Below, piece by piece: positions 29,097 to 38,006 of a stretch of 61,533 nt of DNA (positions within the stretch are counted from its first letter, which is position 1; each line of letters opens with the position of its first letter). The position numbers were made by a program, and so were the translations under genes. The notes under the pieces are model-generated. The model made no database searches and had not been told where the DNA came from. It worked only from the letters and a program-made list of their open reading frames with translations. The DNA is taken from IMG/VR virus record IMGVR_UViG_3300020436_000012, positions 1-61,533 of that record. One strand, 5' to 3'. This stretch comes from a virus. Its lineage: Duplodnaviria > Caudoviricetes.

Positions 29097-29261
29097 ATGG
29101 CATATCTTACACCATCTTTTTTAAGAGAATCTCGTCATGCAAAAGTAACCAAAAAAGGAAGATATTTGCGTGATGGAGGATATAAAAAGAGAAAAACTAG
29201 ATCACCAAAAGTAAAAGTATTTAAAAAAGGAAGATTTATTCCTAAAGAATATTCATTCTAA
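29097..29261 (+). CDS. Hypothetical 54-aa highly basic protein (absent from ORF track)
   Basis: MAYLTPSFLRESRHAKVTKKGRYLRDGGYKKRKTRSPKVKVFKKGRFIPKEYSF; starts right after previous stop, ends at terminator. Confidence 0.55.
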   Translation: MAYLTPSFLRESRHAKVTKKGRYLRDGGYKKRKTRSPKVKVFKKGRFIPKEYSF

Positions 29262-29264
29262 AAC

Positions 29265-29293
29265 AAAAGCCCTCAATCTTCTTGAGGGCTTTT
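29265..29293. terminator. Bidirectional rho-independent terminator at the strand convergence
   Basis: AAAAGCCCTCAA-tcttc-TTGAGGGCTTTT perfect inverted repeat with T-tracts on both strands. Confidence 0.85.
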
Positions 29294-29854
29294 TTCTATC
29301 ATATTGATTAACCATTTATTGTGAGGTTCACAAACATATACGTCTGCCTTACTGGTTTTTAAAACTTTGTTATATATTTCAGCCCTAGTTTCTATATCTA
29401 CACTTAAAAATACTAAGTCTTCGTGTTCTAGTTTAGAGTAATCAAAATCGTTCCCATCCATATGTAATATAGTAATTTTGTTTTCAACATTAGCGGCTTT
29501 AATTAAAAGATTTCCAATTTTTACACATCTTTCATCATAGTCTAGTCCAATAAGATTAATATAAGGGTATTGTTTGTGTATATCAAATAAACTATAAGGA
29601 TATAGACCCGATCCTACAAGTATTAAAGTTTTACATTCTTTAAATTTATATCTTTTCTTTTTTGTTTTTAGAGTTCTTGCTATCCAAGCATCTTTTTCGC
29701 ACAATTCAAACCCAAGGCTAAAGTCATTTTGTTCTTTAAAGTACTGTATCCAAGTCCACTCATTATTTTCAATACCTTTTTGCCAATTAATTTTTTCGTC
29801 TTTTAATTTTTTAATTGTATTCGAGGAGAATTTTAGCTGTTTTTCTTGTGCCAT
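29273..29854 (-). CDS. Class I SAM-dependent enzyme, nicotianamine synthase/CntL-like
   Basis: LILVGSGLYPYS motif I, IGLDYD motif II, HMDG; GSGxxPxS/T is typical of NAS-like proteins. Confidence 0.6.
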   Translation of the reverse strand: MAQEKQLKFSSNTIKKLKDEKINWQKGIENNEWTWIQYFKEQNDFSLGFELCEKDAWIARTLKTKKKRYKFKECKTLILVGSGLYPYSLFDIHKQYPYINLIGLDYDERCVKIGNLLIKAANVENKITILHMDGNDFDYSKLEHEDLVFLSVDIETRAEIYNKVLKTSKADVYVCEPHNKWLINMIEKSPQED

Positions 29855-30941
29855 CTAAATCAAACTCACAATTCTTTGGAAACTCATCATACTCATTTAG
29901 TATCTCTCTTATGTATTTAGAAATATTTTTTAAGTCTCTTACAGAACACACCTTAAACAGATCATAAGGTTTCATAACATAACTACGAACAAACTGTTCG
30001 ACCTTACCTCCATCTTCTCTTGGAATGATAATACTAGGAGTTCTACTAGAGAGTATCTCCATTGTACTGTTGTAACCCCCATAAGTAATAAACATAGTAG
30101 AAGACTCTATCAATCTAGATAAATTAGGAATGTAATCTACGGCTAATATATTACTTTTTTTGCGAATCCCTATTTTATCTTTCAGCTTTTTATTAGCCAT
30201 AAGGACTATAAAATCTAATTCTGGAAATTCTTTTGCAGCTCTTAGTATATTAGAAAATATTGATAAGCTTTCTTCTTTATTAAGACCTACACTCACATAA
30301 ACTTTATTATTTAACCTTTTGTGTTTTTCTTGTTTGGGATCGGTAACGTAGCCTGTATATTCTATTTTTGACTCAATTTCTTTGTACAATAACGCTGGGT
30401 CATAAAAAGACAGAGAGTCTGGTAATAACGGCAATATTTTTGGGTCGCCGTGAATCAATATTTTATCTAAGTATTGATTAACTACTAGATTTTGTGTTTT
30501 TGCTACCCAGTCTTTTAATCCTTGCTCATGTGGCTCATCCCAAGGAAAATCCCTAATACTACATATAATTTTTATTCCTTTTGCTTTCGCTGCTTCAAAA
30601 AAAGAAAATAATTCAAATGCCCACTGATGTCTACAAAAAGGAAACCCTTCTGATACTATAACACTAATATTATTATCGTTTAAAAAATTCTTCCATCTCG
30701 CTATTCTTTTTATCACTAAAGGTTCTTTCATTAAAGCTTTAAAAATATTTGGCTCTGAATGGTCGTAGTCTTCTTCTTTAACTAGTGTGTATTCTTTTTT
30801 AATTCCCTTAATTTCTAGAGGAGGCTTAAATAAATGATTAACAATACAACAATCAGTAAATTTAGCTGTTTCTTCTGCAATATGTTTTATTCTCATACTA
30901 TGGCCTAGCCCGCTATAATATTGCGTCAGAAACAAAATCAT
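29811..30941 (-). CDS. GT-B glycosyltransferase (GT28 C-terminal/COG4671-like)
   Basis: GLGH, EGFPF, CSIRD, LIHGDP, YTGYV, GGYNSTME, IIIPR...EQ. Confidence 0.85.
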   Translation of the reverse strand: MILFLTQYYSGLGHSMRIKHIAEETAKFTDCCIVNHLFKPPLEIKGIKKEYTLVKEEDYDHSEPNIFKALMKEPLVIKRIARWKNFLNDNNISVIVSEGFPFCRHQWAFELFSFFEAAKAKGIKIICSIRDFPWDEPHEQGLKDWVAKTQNLVVNQYLDKILIHGDPKILPLLPDSLSFYDPALLYKEIESKIEYTGYVTDPKQEKHKRLNNKVYVSVGLNKEESLSIFSNILRAAKEFPELDFIVLMANKKLKDKIGIRKKSNILAVDYIPNLSRLIESSTMFITYGGYNSTMEILSSRTPSIIIPREDGGKVEQFVRSYVMKPYDLFKVCSVRDLKNISKYIREILNEYDEFPKNCEFDLDGTRKTAKILLEYN

Positions 30942-31615
30942 TCGCTGACAAATTCCTTAATCATTGGAAAAATAGGTTCAATAGCCTGAGCACACGCACG
31001 AGCTACTTCCATATGTTCTTTTTGCGTACCGTGCCCACTACGTAGCTCAACGTAATGCACCCACGATCTAAGAGTACCATTCATATAAATTCTACTTTCT
31101 ATGTTACCCTCTGGAAGCACCGCTCTAGCTTGTTCTTTAGCAATCCCATTTTCGATAGCCCAACGATATACTTTTTGCGCACGCTCAATTACAGTAAGCT
31201 GTTTATGGTGCCAAGTTTCTTTTATTCCAGTATCGTCAGTTTCTACACTATTTTGTCTATTTTTAGTATCTTGAAGTCTTGCTTCTCTTGTTGTAAAGTC
31301 TAAATCTTTAGTGGGATCAGCATACCTTTGGCTAAACTCTTGAAAAGAGAATGAGCGATGTCTTAAAATTTGTCTTGCAATATCCCTAGTAGTTTCAATT
31401 TCTAAACAAACACTAGCCATCTCTAAAGGAGACCAATGTCCGTGTTTAATTAAATAACGAATTAGCTTTTCACTTGTTTCGTTATTCATTTGGTTATCGG
31501 GGTTAGATACTCTTGCACAATATGCTACAACATCTTGTACAGTGTCTAACCCAATAAATGCTTGTTCTGGTGTTTGTGAATATGATATTAATCTTACGTT
31601 CATAATCTTAGCCAA
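30938..31615 (-). CDS. thyX: FAD-dependent thymidylate synthase
   Basis: HGHWSPLE; RQILRHRSFSFQEFSQRY. Confidence 0.97.
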   Translation of the reverse strand: MAKIMNVRLISYSQTPEQAFIGLDTVQDVVAYCARVSNPDNQMNNETSEKLIRYLIKHGHWSPLEMASVCLEIETTRDIARQILRHRSFSFQEFSQRYADPTKDLDFTTREARLQDTKNRQNSVETDDTGIKETWHHKQLTVIERAQKVYRWAIENGIAKEQARAVLPEGNIESRIYMNGTLRSWVHYVELRSGHGTQKEHMEVARACAQAIEPIFPMIKEFVSE

Positions 31616-31824
31616 GTCCTTAATCTCTTATTTAAATCTCTTAGTTCTTTAGTCATATATATTATAGCAAATAACATTGCATTACCAAGTAATACAAAAA
31701 ATAGTTGTGATAAAGTAAAACTATCAATAAAAAACAAATAAATTTCTATCAATATAAATTCTATATTTATTTTAAGTAACCAAAATATAGGATCTTTTAG
31801 TTTATCTAGTACCACTACTACCAA
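31600..31824 (-). CDS. Small hydrophobic hypothetical protein
   Basis: Fills the dut-thyX gap; hydrophobic; start uncertain. Confidence 0.35.
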   Translation of the reverse strand: MVVVVLDKLKDPIFWLLKINIEFILIEIYLFFIDSFTLSQLFFVLLGNAMLFAIIYMTKELRDLNKRLRTWLRL

Positions 31825-32398
31825 ATCCCCCTCTATTAATAATTAATTCTTCTGTATCATTTTCACTAAGAGACACAGTTTCTCTTTTTGGTTTTTTTAC
31901 TAAACCTCGTTTTTTTACTTTTTCTTCTTGTACCCACGGGTGCGCATTAGATAGTATCACTGTCTGTTCTATAGCATCTACATATTCAAAAGATACTTGG
32001 GGCACTGGTCTAAAACATGCTTGTGCTATTCTGTCTCCTGGAGATATAGTAAAAGTCCTGTTTCCCGAATTATAAAGTATAATTTTTACTTCATTTCTGT
32101 AAGCAAAATCAACTGTTCCGGGACTGTTAACTATCATTATACCATTTTTATGAGCTAATCCGCTTCTAGGTCTAATTTGTATTTCCCAAAAAGGATTATC
32201 TATTTGAAAGTATAATCCTGTTCCTACAGTATCTCTACAATTAGGTTCTAATACTATTTCTTCTAGTTCACAAGCTCTTAAATCATACCCAGCATCAAAA
32301 GGATACTGTTGTTGTAGATTCCAAGTAATACCTAATTTTTCTTCTAATTCTTTAGCGAGTTCACTTTTTTCTATTTTTACACTAAGATGTTGAGACAC
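31802..32398 (-). CDS. dut: Trimeric dUTPase
   Basis: DAGYDL, RPRSGLA, GTVDFAYRNE, GDRIAQ, RGGFGSSG; extra linker before motif V. Confidence 0.95.
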   Translation of the reverse strand: MSQHLSVKIEKSELAKELEEKLGITWNLQQQYPFDAGYDLRACELEEIVLEPNCRDTVGTGLYFQIDNPFWEIQIRPRSGLAHKNGIMIVNSPGTVDFAYRNEVKIILYNSGNRTFTISPGDRIAQACFRPVPQVSFEYVDAIEQTVILSNAHPWVQEEKVKKRGLVKKPKRETVSLSENDTEELIINRGGFGSSGTR

Positions 32399-33236
32399 CT
32401 TGCAACTCCTCCCAAGCTTCTTGACCGTGTTTACCTGCTGTTATTGCTAGTTCGTTATGTTTTTTTAAGGTGATAAGTTTTTCGTTTCGTAACAAAATTT
32501 CTTTACTCTCGTTTAAGTTTTTTAAGAATTTTGATTTTGCAGGTTTGATAGGTAGAGAATCTAGTAAGTTATCAAGAGTTTTATATTCTCTTGCCAGTGT
32601 TTGAGCACGTTTAGGGCCAATACCTTCTACTCCCATAATATTATCACTCTTATCCCCTTCAATTATTCTTGATAACATGTATTCTTCTGGTGTGACTTGA
32701 TAATCCTCAATGAGAGTGTCTATAGTTATTTCTTTTCTAGAAAACATGTTAAATATAGACACTTCGTTATTAATTAATTGAAACAAATCTCTATCACTTG
32801 AAATTACCCATGTGTGTTCATAAGAAGGAGAAATATTATTACACAAATACGCAATAATATCATCAGCTTCTATACCTCTAAATTTGTAATTTTCAAAAGG
32901 GATTAGGTCAGGTATGACGTTTAAACAAGAGAAAAATTTATCAAATTTTTCTACGGTTTCTGGGTCTGTTGGTTTTTTTCTATTTGCTTTGTAGGTAGTA
33001 AGAAGGTCGTTTCTGTAATAACTTCTTCCAAAATCAAAACAAACTATCGTTCTTTGAGCTTGATAGCTCTTAGATAAGCTTTCAACGGTTCTTATAAAAT
33101 CCTCTGTAAAGTTATCTACGTTTTTTCTTTGTAGCCATCTAAATGCTAAATTGTTAGCATCTACTAGTAATAAATTAGTGGCTGCAGCAGAGGCGTTTTC
33201 TACCTCTACTAAATCATTCCACGCTTTAGTATTCAT
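32382..33236 (-). CDS. D15: 5'-3' exonuclease/flap endonuclease (T5 D15-like)
   Basis: LLVDANNLAFR, YKANR, GIEADD, SSDRD, GDKSDNIMGVEGIGPKRA. Confidence 0.95.
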   Translation of the reverse strand: MNTKAWNDLVEVENASAAATNLLLVDANNLAFRWLQRKNVDNFTEDFIRTVESLSKSYQAQRTIVCFDFGRSYYRNDLLTTYKANRKKPTDPETVEKFDKFFSCLNVIPDLIPFENYKFRGIEADDIIAYLCNNISPSYEHTWVISSDRDLFQLINNEVSIFNMFSRKEITIDTLIEDYQVTPEEYMLSRIIEGDKSDNIMGVEGIGPKRAQTLAREYKTLDNLLDSLPIKPAKSKFLKNLNESKEILLRNEKLITLKKHNELAITAGKHGQEAWEELQGVSTS

Positions 33237-33260
33237 AATATTTCCTTTCTGTATTTATAT

Positions 33261-33289
33261 ATTATAGCAATATATAAACATAGAGTCAA
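33261..33289 (-). promoter_or_regulatory. Sigma70-like promoter for D15
   Basis: TTGACT-17 nt-TATAAT with TG extension. Confidence 0.75.
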
Positions 33290-33301
33290 ATAATATTATT
33301 C

Positions 33302-34309
33302 TTATGTTGCTTTTCTACTCAAATCTAAAGTCACGCAGTGGAAACCGCCACTGATAATTCTGTCATGTCTTAGCTCTAGAGGAATAGCTTCAATTTTATG
33401 TTTCTTAAGTTTTTGTATTAACTGTTTTTGTTTTCTATCTACTATTGCTAAATTTGGATTCACACTCAAAAGATTTAATCCAATCCATGCACTTGCTCCC
33501 CAAGGAAGCTCTGTTTTATTGCTAGCACTATAACATTCATCTATCCATATCTTGTCCCATGATTTAAATAACTTCGGTTCATTTTCTTGAGTTACTCGAC
33601 TAGCATTATATAAAACTAACCCTTCTCTCAAAGGGATAATTGTACTATCTAGGTGTGCATATGAATATAAATTATGTAAAATATGTACTTTTTTGTCCAT
33701 AAGAATATCTTGTAACCATTGACCCCCTAACTCGTTTCCTGTATTACTTACTTGATAAAGAATATCATTGTTTATTCTCATACAGTTAGCAGCTTCAAAC
33801 ATGGGTTCTTTATTTAAAAGAGTTGGTTTTCTATCTATATCATCAGTTTGATAATTTTCTTCTTTATAACTTGGGGTTGGAGCTTTAACCCATTTATAAC
33901 CGTCTTTCCATTTTTTAGTAAAAATATCTTTATATGCTTGAGTTTCATTTTTTCTATCAATTAACGGAGATGGGGTTTCTATTATAGTATTCCCAACAAT
34001 TAAAGTTAAGTCTCTAGGACAATGATAATGGTATTCTGGTTTTTTAGTCGGGTCTGGTCTATGAACTTTTACTCCTAAACTTTTTAAAGTATTACTTAGT
34101 GTATCTAAGTCTTCTTCTTGTTCTTCTACTAACCAAGCCGGAAAAAGACCTGAAGATGTTAATATTTCTTTTTCAGTATACGTTGGATACATACAACTCA
34201 TTAAACTTTTATTAGGTTTAGGTATTTTACTTCCTATTGCTGATCCTACTATAACTTCTTCTAATTGATCCCATTCATTATTGCAAGTCATTGTATATCT
34301 ACTCTGCAA
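33302..34309 (-). CDS. Amidinotransferase (glycine/inosamine-phosphate amidinotransferase family)
   Basis: NEWDQLEEVIVG, CPRD, FEAAN, AHLDST, SGGFHCVT catalytic Cys. Confidence 0.92.
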   Translation of the reverse strand: MQSRYTMTCNNEWDQLEEVIVGSAIGSKIPKPNKSLMSCMYPTYTEKEILTSSGLFPAWLVEEQEEDLDTLSNTLKSLGVKVHRPDPTKKPEYHYHCPRDLTLIVGNTIIETPSPLIDRKNETQAYKDIFTKKWKDGYKWVKAPTPSYKEENYQTDDIDRKPTLLNKEPMFEAANCMRINNDILYQVSNTGNELGGQWLQDILMDKKVHILHNLYSYAHLDSTIIPLREGLVLYNASRVTQENEPKLFKSWDKIWIDECYSASNKTELPWGASAWIGLNLLSVNPNLAIVDRKQKQLIQKLKKHKIEAIPLELRHDRIISGGFHCVTLDLSRKAT

Positions 34310-34313
34310 ATTG

Positions 34314-35174
34314 TTAACATATATATTTGTCCCTAATTAATTCTGAGATACATACCCTATTAGTTTCGTTTCCTCTGTTATATTCTGCCCACTCATCTCC
34401 GCCTATACCAAATAGTACACAATCTGTAGGTTCTAGGTTATTTTCTCTGCAAACTTTATAATGTGCTTTACCATACTTATCCCAGTTATAATCTGGAGAA
34501 AATTTATTCATATACTCTATTCCTATTCCCAAACTCATACTATTTACCATGTTTACAGAATTTAAGATATCAATTGAATCATCTGTGTCTTCTTTTTCAA
34601 ACCTAATACCAAGACGCAAATTTTCAGCACCATAAAATGCTTTTGATAAAGAAAAAGTTATCATATCAATACATTTATGAGATAGATCAACATTAATATT
34701 TTTTGTGCAAGGGAGATAAGCGAAATCTAAAAGAACAGGAAGGTTCATAGCGTCACAGGTAGTAAGGATACCAGGTAAAGTTGGGTGTTGTTTTCCGTAA
34801 TCACTGAAAGGTACAGACATTATTATGGCATCATTCTCTGTAATTTCAGTATCGTTTAAATAGCCCCAGTTTATATTTTTTTTAAAGCACGCGCTATGAT
34901 ACATAAACTCACCCCTAAAGAATAAAAATCTTTTATTTCTATGTCTCCAGTGAAAGGTATCAAAAGAGTGTGCAGTACCGTTACAGGTTTTTACGTTTTT
35001 AAATAAGTGTAAATTTTTTAAGTTATTATTTTTACTGGCAACAATCCATTTTTTGAATGTTTCGATAAATTTTTCTTTTATATTTTTATCATAAAGGTTA
35101 TCTACTATATCAAAAGTGTATAACCATTCTATTATTTCTAAATCTGGTATCGCTTTTGCCCCTCTTAAATCCAT
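34314..35174 (-). CDS. Compact fold-type I PLP-dependent enzyme
   Basis: VLLDFAY and FSLSKAF...LRLG (PLP lysine). Confidence 0.8.
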   Translation of the reverse strand: MDLRGAKAIPDLEIIEWLYTFDIVDNLYDKNIKEKFIETFKKWIVASKNNNLKNLHLFKNVKTCNGTAHSFDTFHWRHRNKRFLFFRGEFMYHSACFKKNINWGYLNDTEITENDAIIMSVPFSDYGKQHPTLPGILTTCDAMNLPVLLDFAYLPCTKNINVDLSHKCIDMITFSLSKAFYGAENLRLGIRFEKEDTDDSIDILNSVNMVNSMSLGIGIEYMNKFSPDYNWDKYGKAHYKVCRENNLEPTDCVLFGIGGDEWAEYNRGNETNRVCISELIRDKYIC

Positions 35175-35692
35175 TAGTAAAATCCTGAAACTTGTAGAGT
35201 AACCTTATTACGCAGTCCTGCGTTTGAAGATAAGTGTAATACTTGATTATTAAATACATACCCTGTATTCTTTTTCCAATGAGTAATAACTTCGTCGTCA
35301 AATTGTAAAAATTGCCCATTTTCCCAATCAGTTAAAAACATGTTAGCCCTAACTTTTTCTTCTTTTCTGTTTGGAAATTTTTTAGTAATTTGATAAAACA
35401 TATCTCTGTGCCACGGAATTATGTTACCCGGTTTTTGTAAAATTGCTGATACAGTTGCCACTTCCATATTTAATTGTTCTTCGAGTTCTTTAAAATCCAC
35501 ATCATCTTTTGTAAAAAACTTTTGATAAATAGTGGTGTTTTCTAAACACAAAGTATCAGGAAAACCTTCATCGTGTAAATCCGCTTGTTCTGATTTTTGG
35601 TGCTGTATACACGAACAACGATAGTTTTCCCAATCTACTGATAAATAAGGAGCAGTGTCAATATTAATTTTTTTAAAGTCAAATATTTTCAT
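35174..35692 (-). CDS. 2OG-Fe(II)/cupin oxygenase (Asp/Asn beta-hydroxylase-like)
   Basis: PGNIIPWHRD (HxD) and VLHLSSNAG...TLQVSG. Confidence 0.75.
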   Translation of the reverse strand: MKIFDFKKINIDTAPYLSVDWENYRCSCIQHQKSEQADLHDEGFPDTLCLENTTIYQKFFTKDDVDFKELEEQLNMEVATVSAILQKPGNIIPWHRDMFYQITKKFPNRKEEKVRANMFLTDWENGQFLQFDDEVITHWKKNTGYVFNNQVLHLSSNAGLRNKVTLQVSGFY

Positions 35693-36857
35693 TTGTTAAT
35701 CCTAATAAATAATTTTCCACGCTTTTTATTCTGGTTTCAAAGTGTTTATGGTTATGCTCTAATATGTGTTTAATCTTACTATTAAACTCTTGTAGCTCAT
35801 CTAAACTTTTATTACACAGTTTTTCTACTTCTATCATTACTTTTATAAATCTTTTGTCAAGATCGTCTTCAGCATCATAACTTTCGTCAATAAAGGGATG
35901 AAACGTTTTATAGCCCATTTTTTGTAGACCTTTTAGTGTATTTAATTGTCCCATCACTATAAAAGGTTTTTTCCACCACATGGGTCGTAAAGATTTTTCC
36001 GTAATATATAATTTTCCTACAAAAAAAGACTTATAGTACGCTTCTAAAACCAAAGAAAAATAAGAATTGTTTTCTATTGATTCATTAAATATTTTTGTTT
36101 CTTTTACTCTATTGTCTAATAACTTACGAAACACAGAGGGTATAGGCTTGTCTGTAACATAACTAATTTTTTCAACAGATTGGTGGGAATAGTCTGCATA
36201 TTTTAATAAATTTCTTTTTTCTAAAGCGTTTATTGTAGCTTGTCTAAAATCATAATTTGAATTTGCACTATTATTAAGAATACAAAATTTTTTCTCTTTT
36301 GGTAAATTATTAATTTTGTAACCAGAAAGTATAGAAAGGCAGGAGGTTTCGTGATTAGTTCCTACTACTATTTTTACTTCTTTATCCTCCCAAAAAGGGT
36401 TGTTTACTAAAAATATTAATTTTTCTTTTGGAACTCCATTACTTATGAGTATGTTTTTAATATTAGAAAAAGATCCCTCAGTTATAGGTTCCCAGCCTAA
36501 ACAAATAAGAACATGACTTATTTTTTCAGAATCTTCATAATGAAAAAAAGGTTTTCTCGGGCCAAACCCTGTACTAGCAAAGTAACAAAAGTAATCAGCT
36601 GCCTCATTACTATAAAATTGTATTGGGTATATCGCTCTGTCATTAGGAGTAAGACTTTCTTTTTTTACAAATTCTACTCGGTTTTCTTTCCACATTTTCA
36701 TTAATGCGGAAGGGATTGTAAAAAATCCATGTTCTCTCTCATTAAAATGACTAATTTTATACCAGTTATTAAAATAAATAGAATCGTTTAAGTTAGGTAA
36801 AGGACCTTTATCATCAAAATTATCAAAGACTACTTTTAATTTCTTTAATCCAGTCAC
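35679..36857 (-). CDS. Hypothetical protein, putative glycosyltransferase-like
   Basis: FSLVLE...ITEKS...KPFIVMG...GYKTF...DESYD C-terminal motif; ITEK recalls the GT10 family. Confidence 0.5.
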   Translation of the reverse strand: MTGLKKLKVVFDNFDDKGPLPNLNDSIYFNNWYKISHFNEREHGFFTIPSALMKMWKENRVEFVKKESLTPNDRAIYPIQFYSNEAADYFCYFASTGFGPRKPFFHYEDSEKISHVLICLGWEPITEGSFSNIKNILISNGVPKEKLIFLVNNPFWEDKEVKIVVGTNHETSCLSILSGYKINNLPKEKKFCILNNSANSNYDFRQATINALEKRNLLKYADYSHQSVEKISYVTDKPIPSVFRKLLDNRVKETKIFNESIENNSYFSLVLEAYYKSFFVGKLYITEKSLRPMWWKKPFIVMGQLNTLKGLQKMGYKTFHPFIDESYDAEDDLDKRFIKVMIEVEKLCNKSLDELQEFNSKIKHILEHNHKHFETRIKSVENYLLGLTNENI

Positions 36858-37263
36858 TTAATATTCCCATTTTAAATTTACAATCAAAAACATTACACTC
36901 TATGTAATGTTCTATTTCTACTTCGTCGTCCCAACATACATAATCTTTAGACCTGTTCCATCTATAGATAACTAAAGGTTTCTTTTTCATAACTTCTGCT
37001 TCTCTTTGGGCTTGTCGCCAAAAGTTTAACAAATCAGAAGATGTCGCTGTAAGTAATCCATTCCAATTAACTTCTTTGTAGTGTTTACATTCAATACAAT
37101 AAGGCCACGCAGCAGTATCGTGAGGAGTCCAAAGGTCTCCCTTAAGGTACTCTAACGATCCGCTGAGTGGCATACGTTTAAATTCTATACCTAATTCTTT
37201 AGTTAAGTAATCTCTTATTTTAGCTTCATACGCAGAACCTTTAATTTTACTTTTGCTTGACAA
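36823..37263 (-). CDS. D14: Holliday junction resolvase-like nuclease (T5 D14-like)
   Basis: SKIKGSAYE, RMPLSG..KGD, IECK PD-(D/E)xK motif. Confidence 0.88.
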   Translation of the reverse strand: MSSKSKIKGSAYEAKIRDYLTKELGIEFKRMPLSGSLEYLKGDLWTPHDTAAWPYCIECKHYKEVNWNGLLTATSSDLLNFWRQAQREAEVMKKKPLVIYRWNRSKDYVCWDDEVEIEHYIECNVFDCKFKMGILSDWIKEIKSSL

Positions 37264-37278
37264 ATAATTTCTTCTTTC

Positions 37279-37989
37279 TTATATAACTCCCTGCTCTTTG
37301 AGCTGGTCTTTAGCTAATATGTAAGCTTTTACAATATCACTTCTTACAATATCATCACTAGAGAATTCTATTTTAGCAAATTGTGGCAAATGGTTCAAGA
37401 TTTTTATGAATTTTTTTAGCCCTTGCTTTTCGGTATCTCTTACAAAGTCTGTTTGATAAAAATCACCACAAAATAAAATTTTACAGTCTCTACCTATTCT
37501 AGTAATAACGGAGTCTAATTCATGGAAGTTAAGGTTTTGGCACTCATCAATAATAATTATTGAGTTGTCAAAAGTTACCCCTCTAATAAAAGAGGTGGGT
37601 AAAAATTCGACGGCTCCTTGAGTTTTTAATTTGTCATAAGCGTCTTTACAATCAAAAAGTTCTGCTGAAATTGACATATAAGGATCTTCATAGACTTCTA
37701 TTTTTTCTGTTTTGTCGCCTGGTAAATATCCTATATCTCTAGTAGGCACTACACTTCTTATAATATAAAGTTTGTTATAGTGCCTGTTAGACTTTTCTAA
37801 TATTTCTTCTAAAGCAAGATACATGGAAATAAATGTTTTCCCAGTTCCCGCACTTCCATGTAGTATTAAGCTTTTATTTTCTTTTTTATATGCTTCAAAA
37901 GCAAATTTCTGACTTGTTGTCAGCGGAGTTACTGTTATTAAATCGTCTAATTTAAGCCAGCGTGTTCCATTACTACCATTTTTACTCAC
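37279..37989 (-). CDS. phoH: PhoH family ATPase
   Basis: GSAGTGKT, GYLPGD, FIRGVTF, DECQN, TRIG, GDFYQTD, DIVRS. Confidence 0.95.
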   Translation of the reverse strand: MSKNGSNGTRWLKLDDLITVTPLTTSQKFAFEAYKKENKSLILHGSAGTGKTFISMYLALEEILEKSNRHYNKLYIIRSVVPTRDIGYLPGDKTEKIEVYEDPYMSISAELFDCKDAYDKLKTQGAVEFLPTSFIRGVTFDNSIIIIDECQNLNFHELDSVITRIGRDCKILFCGDFYQTDFVRDTEKQGLKKFIKILNHLPQFAKIEFSSDDIVRSDIVKAYILAKDQLKEQGVI

Positions 37990-38006
37990 TTTTATGTGAT
38001 TCTCCT

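Noticed and set aside
31661-31688. Possible thyX promoter TTGGTA-16 nt-TATAAT on the minus strand
   Set aside because: Weak -35 and short spacer in very AT-rich sequence
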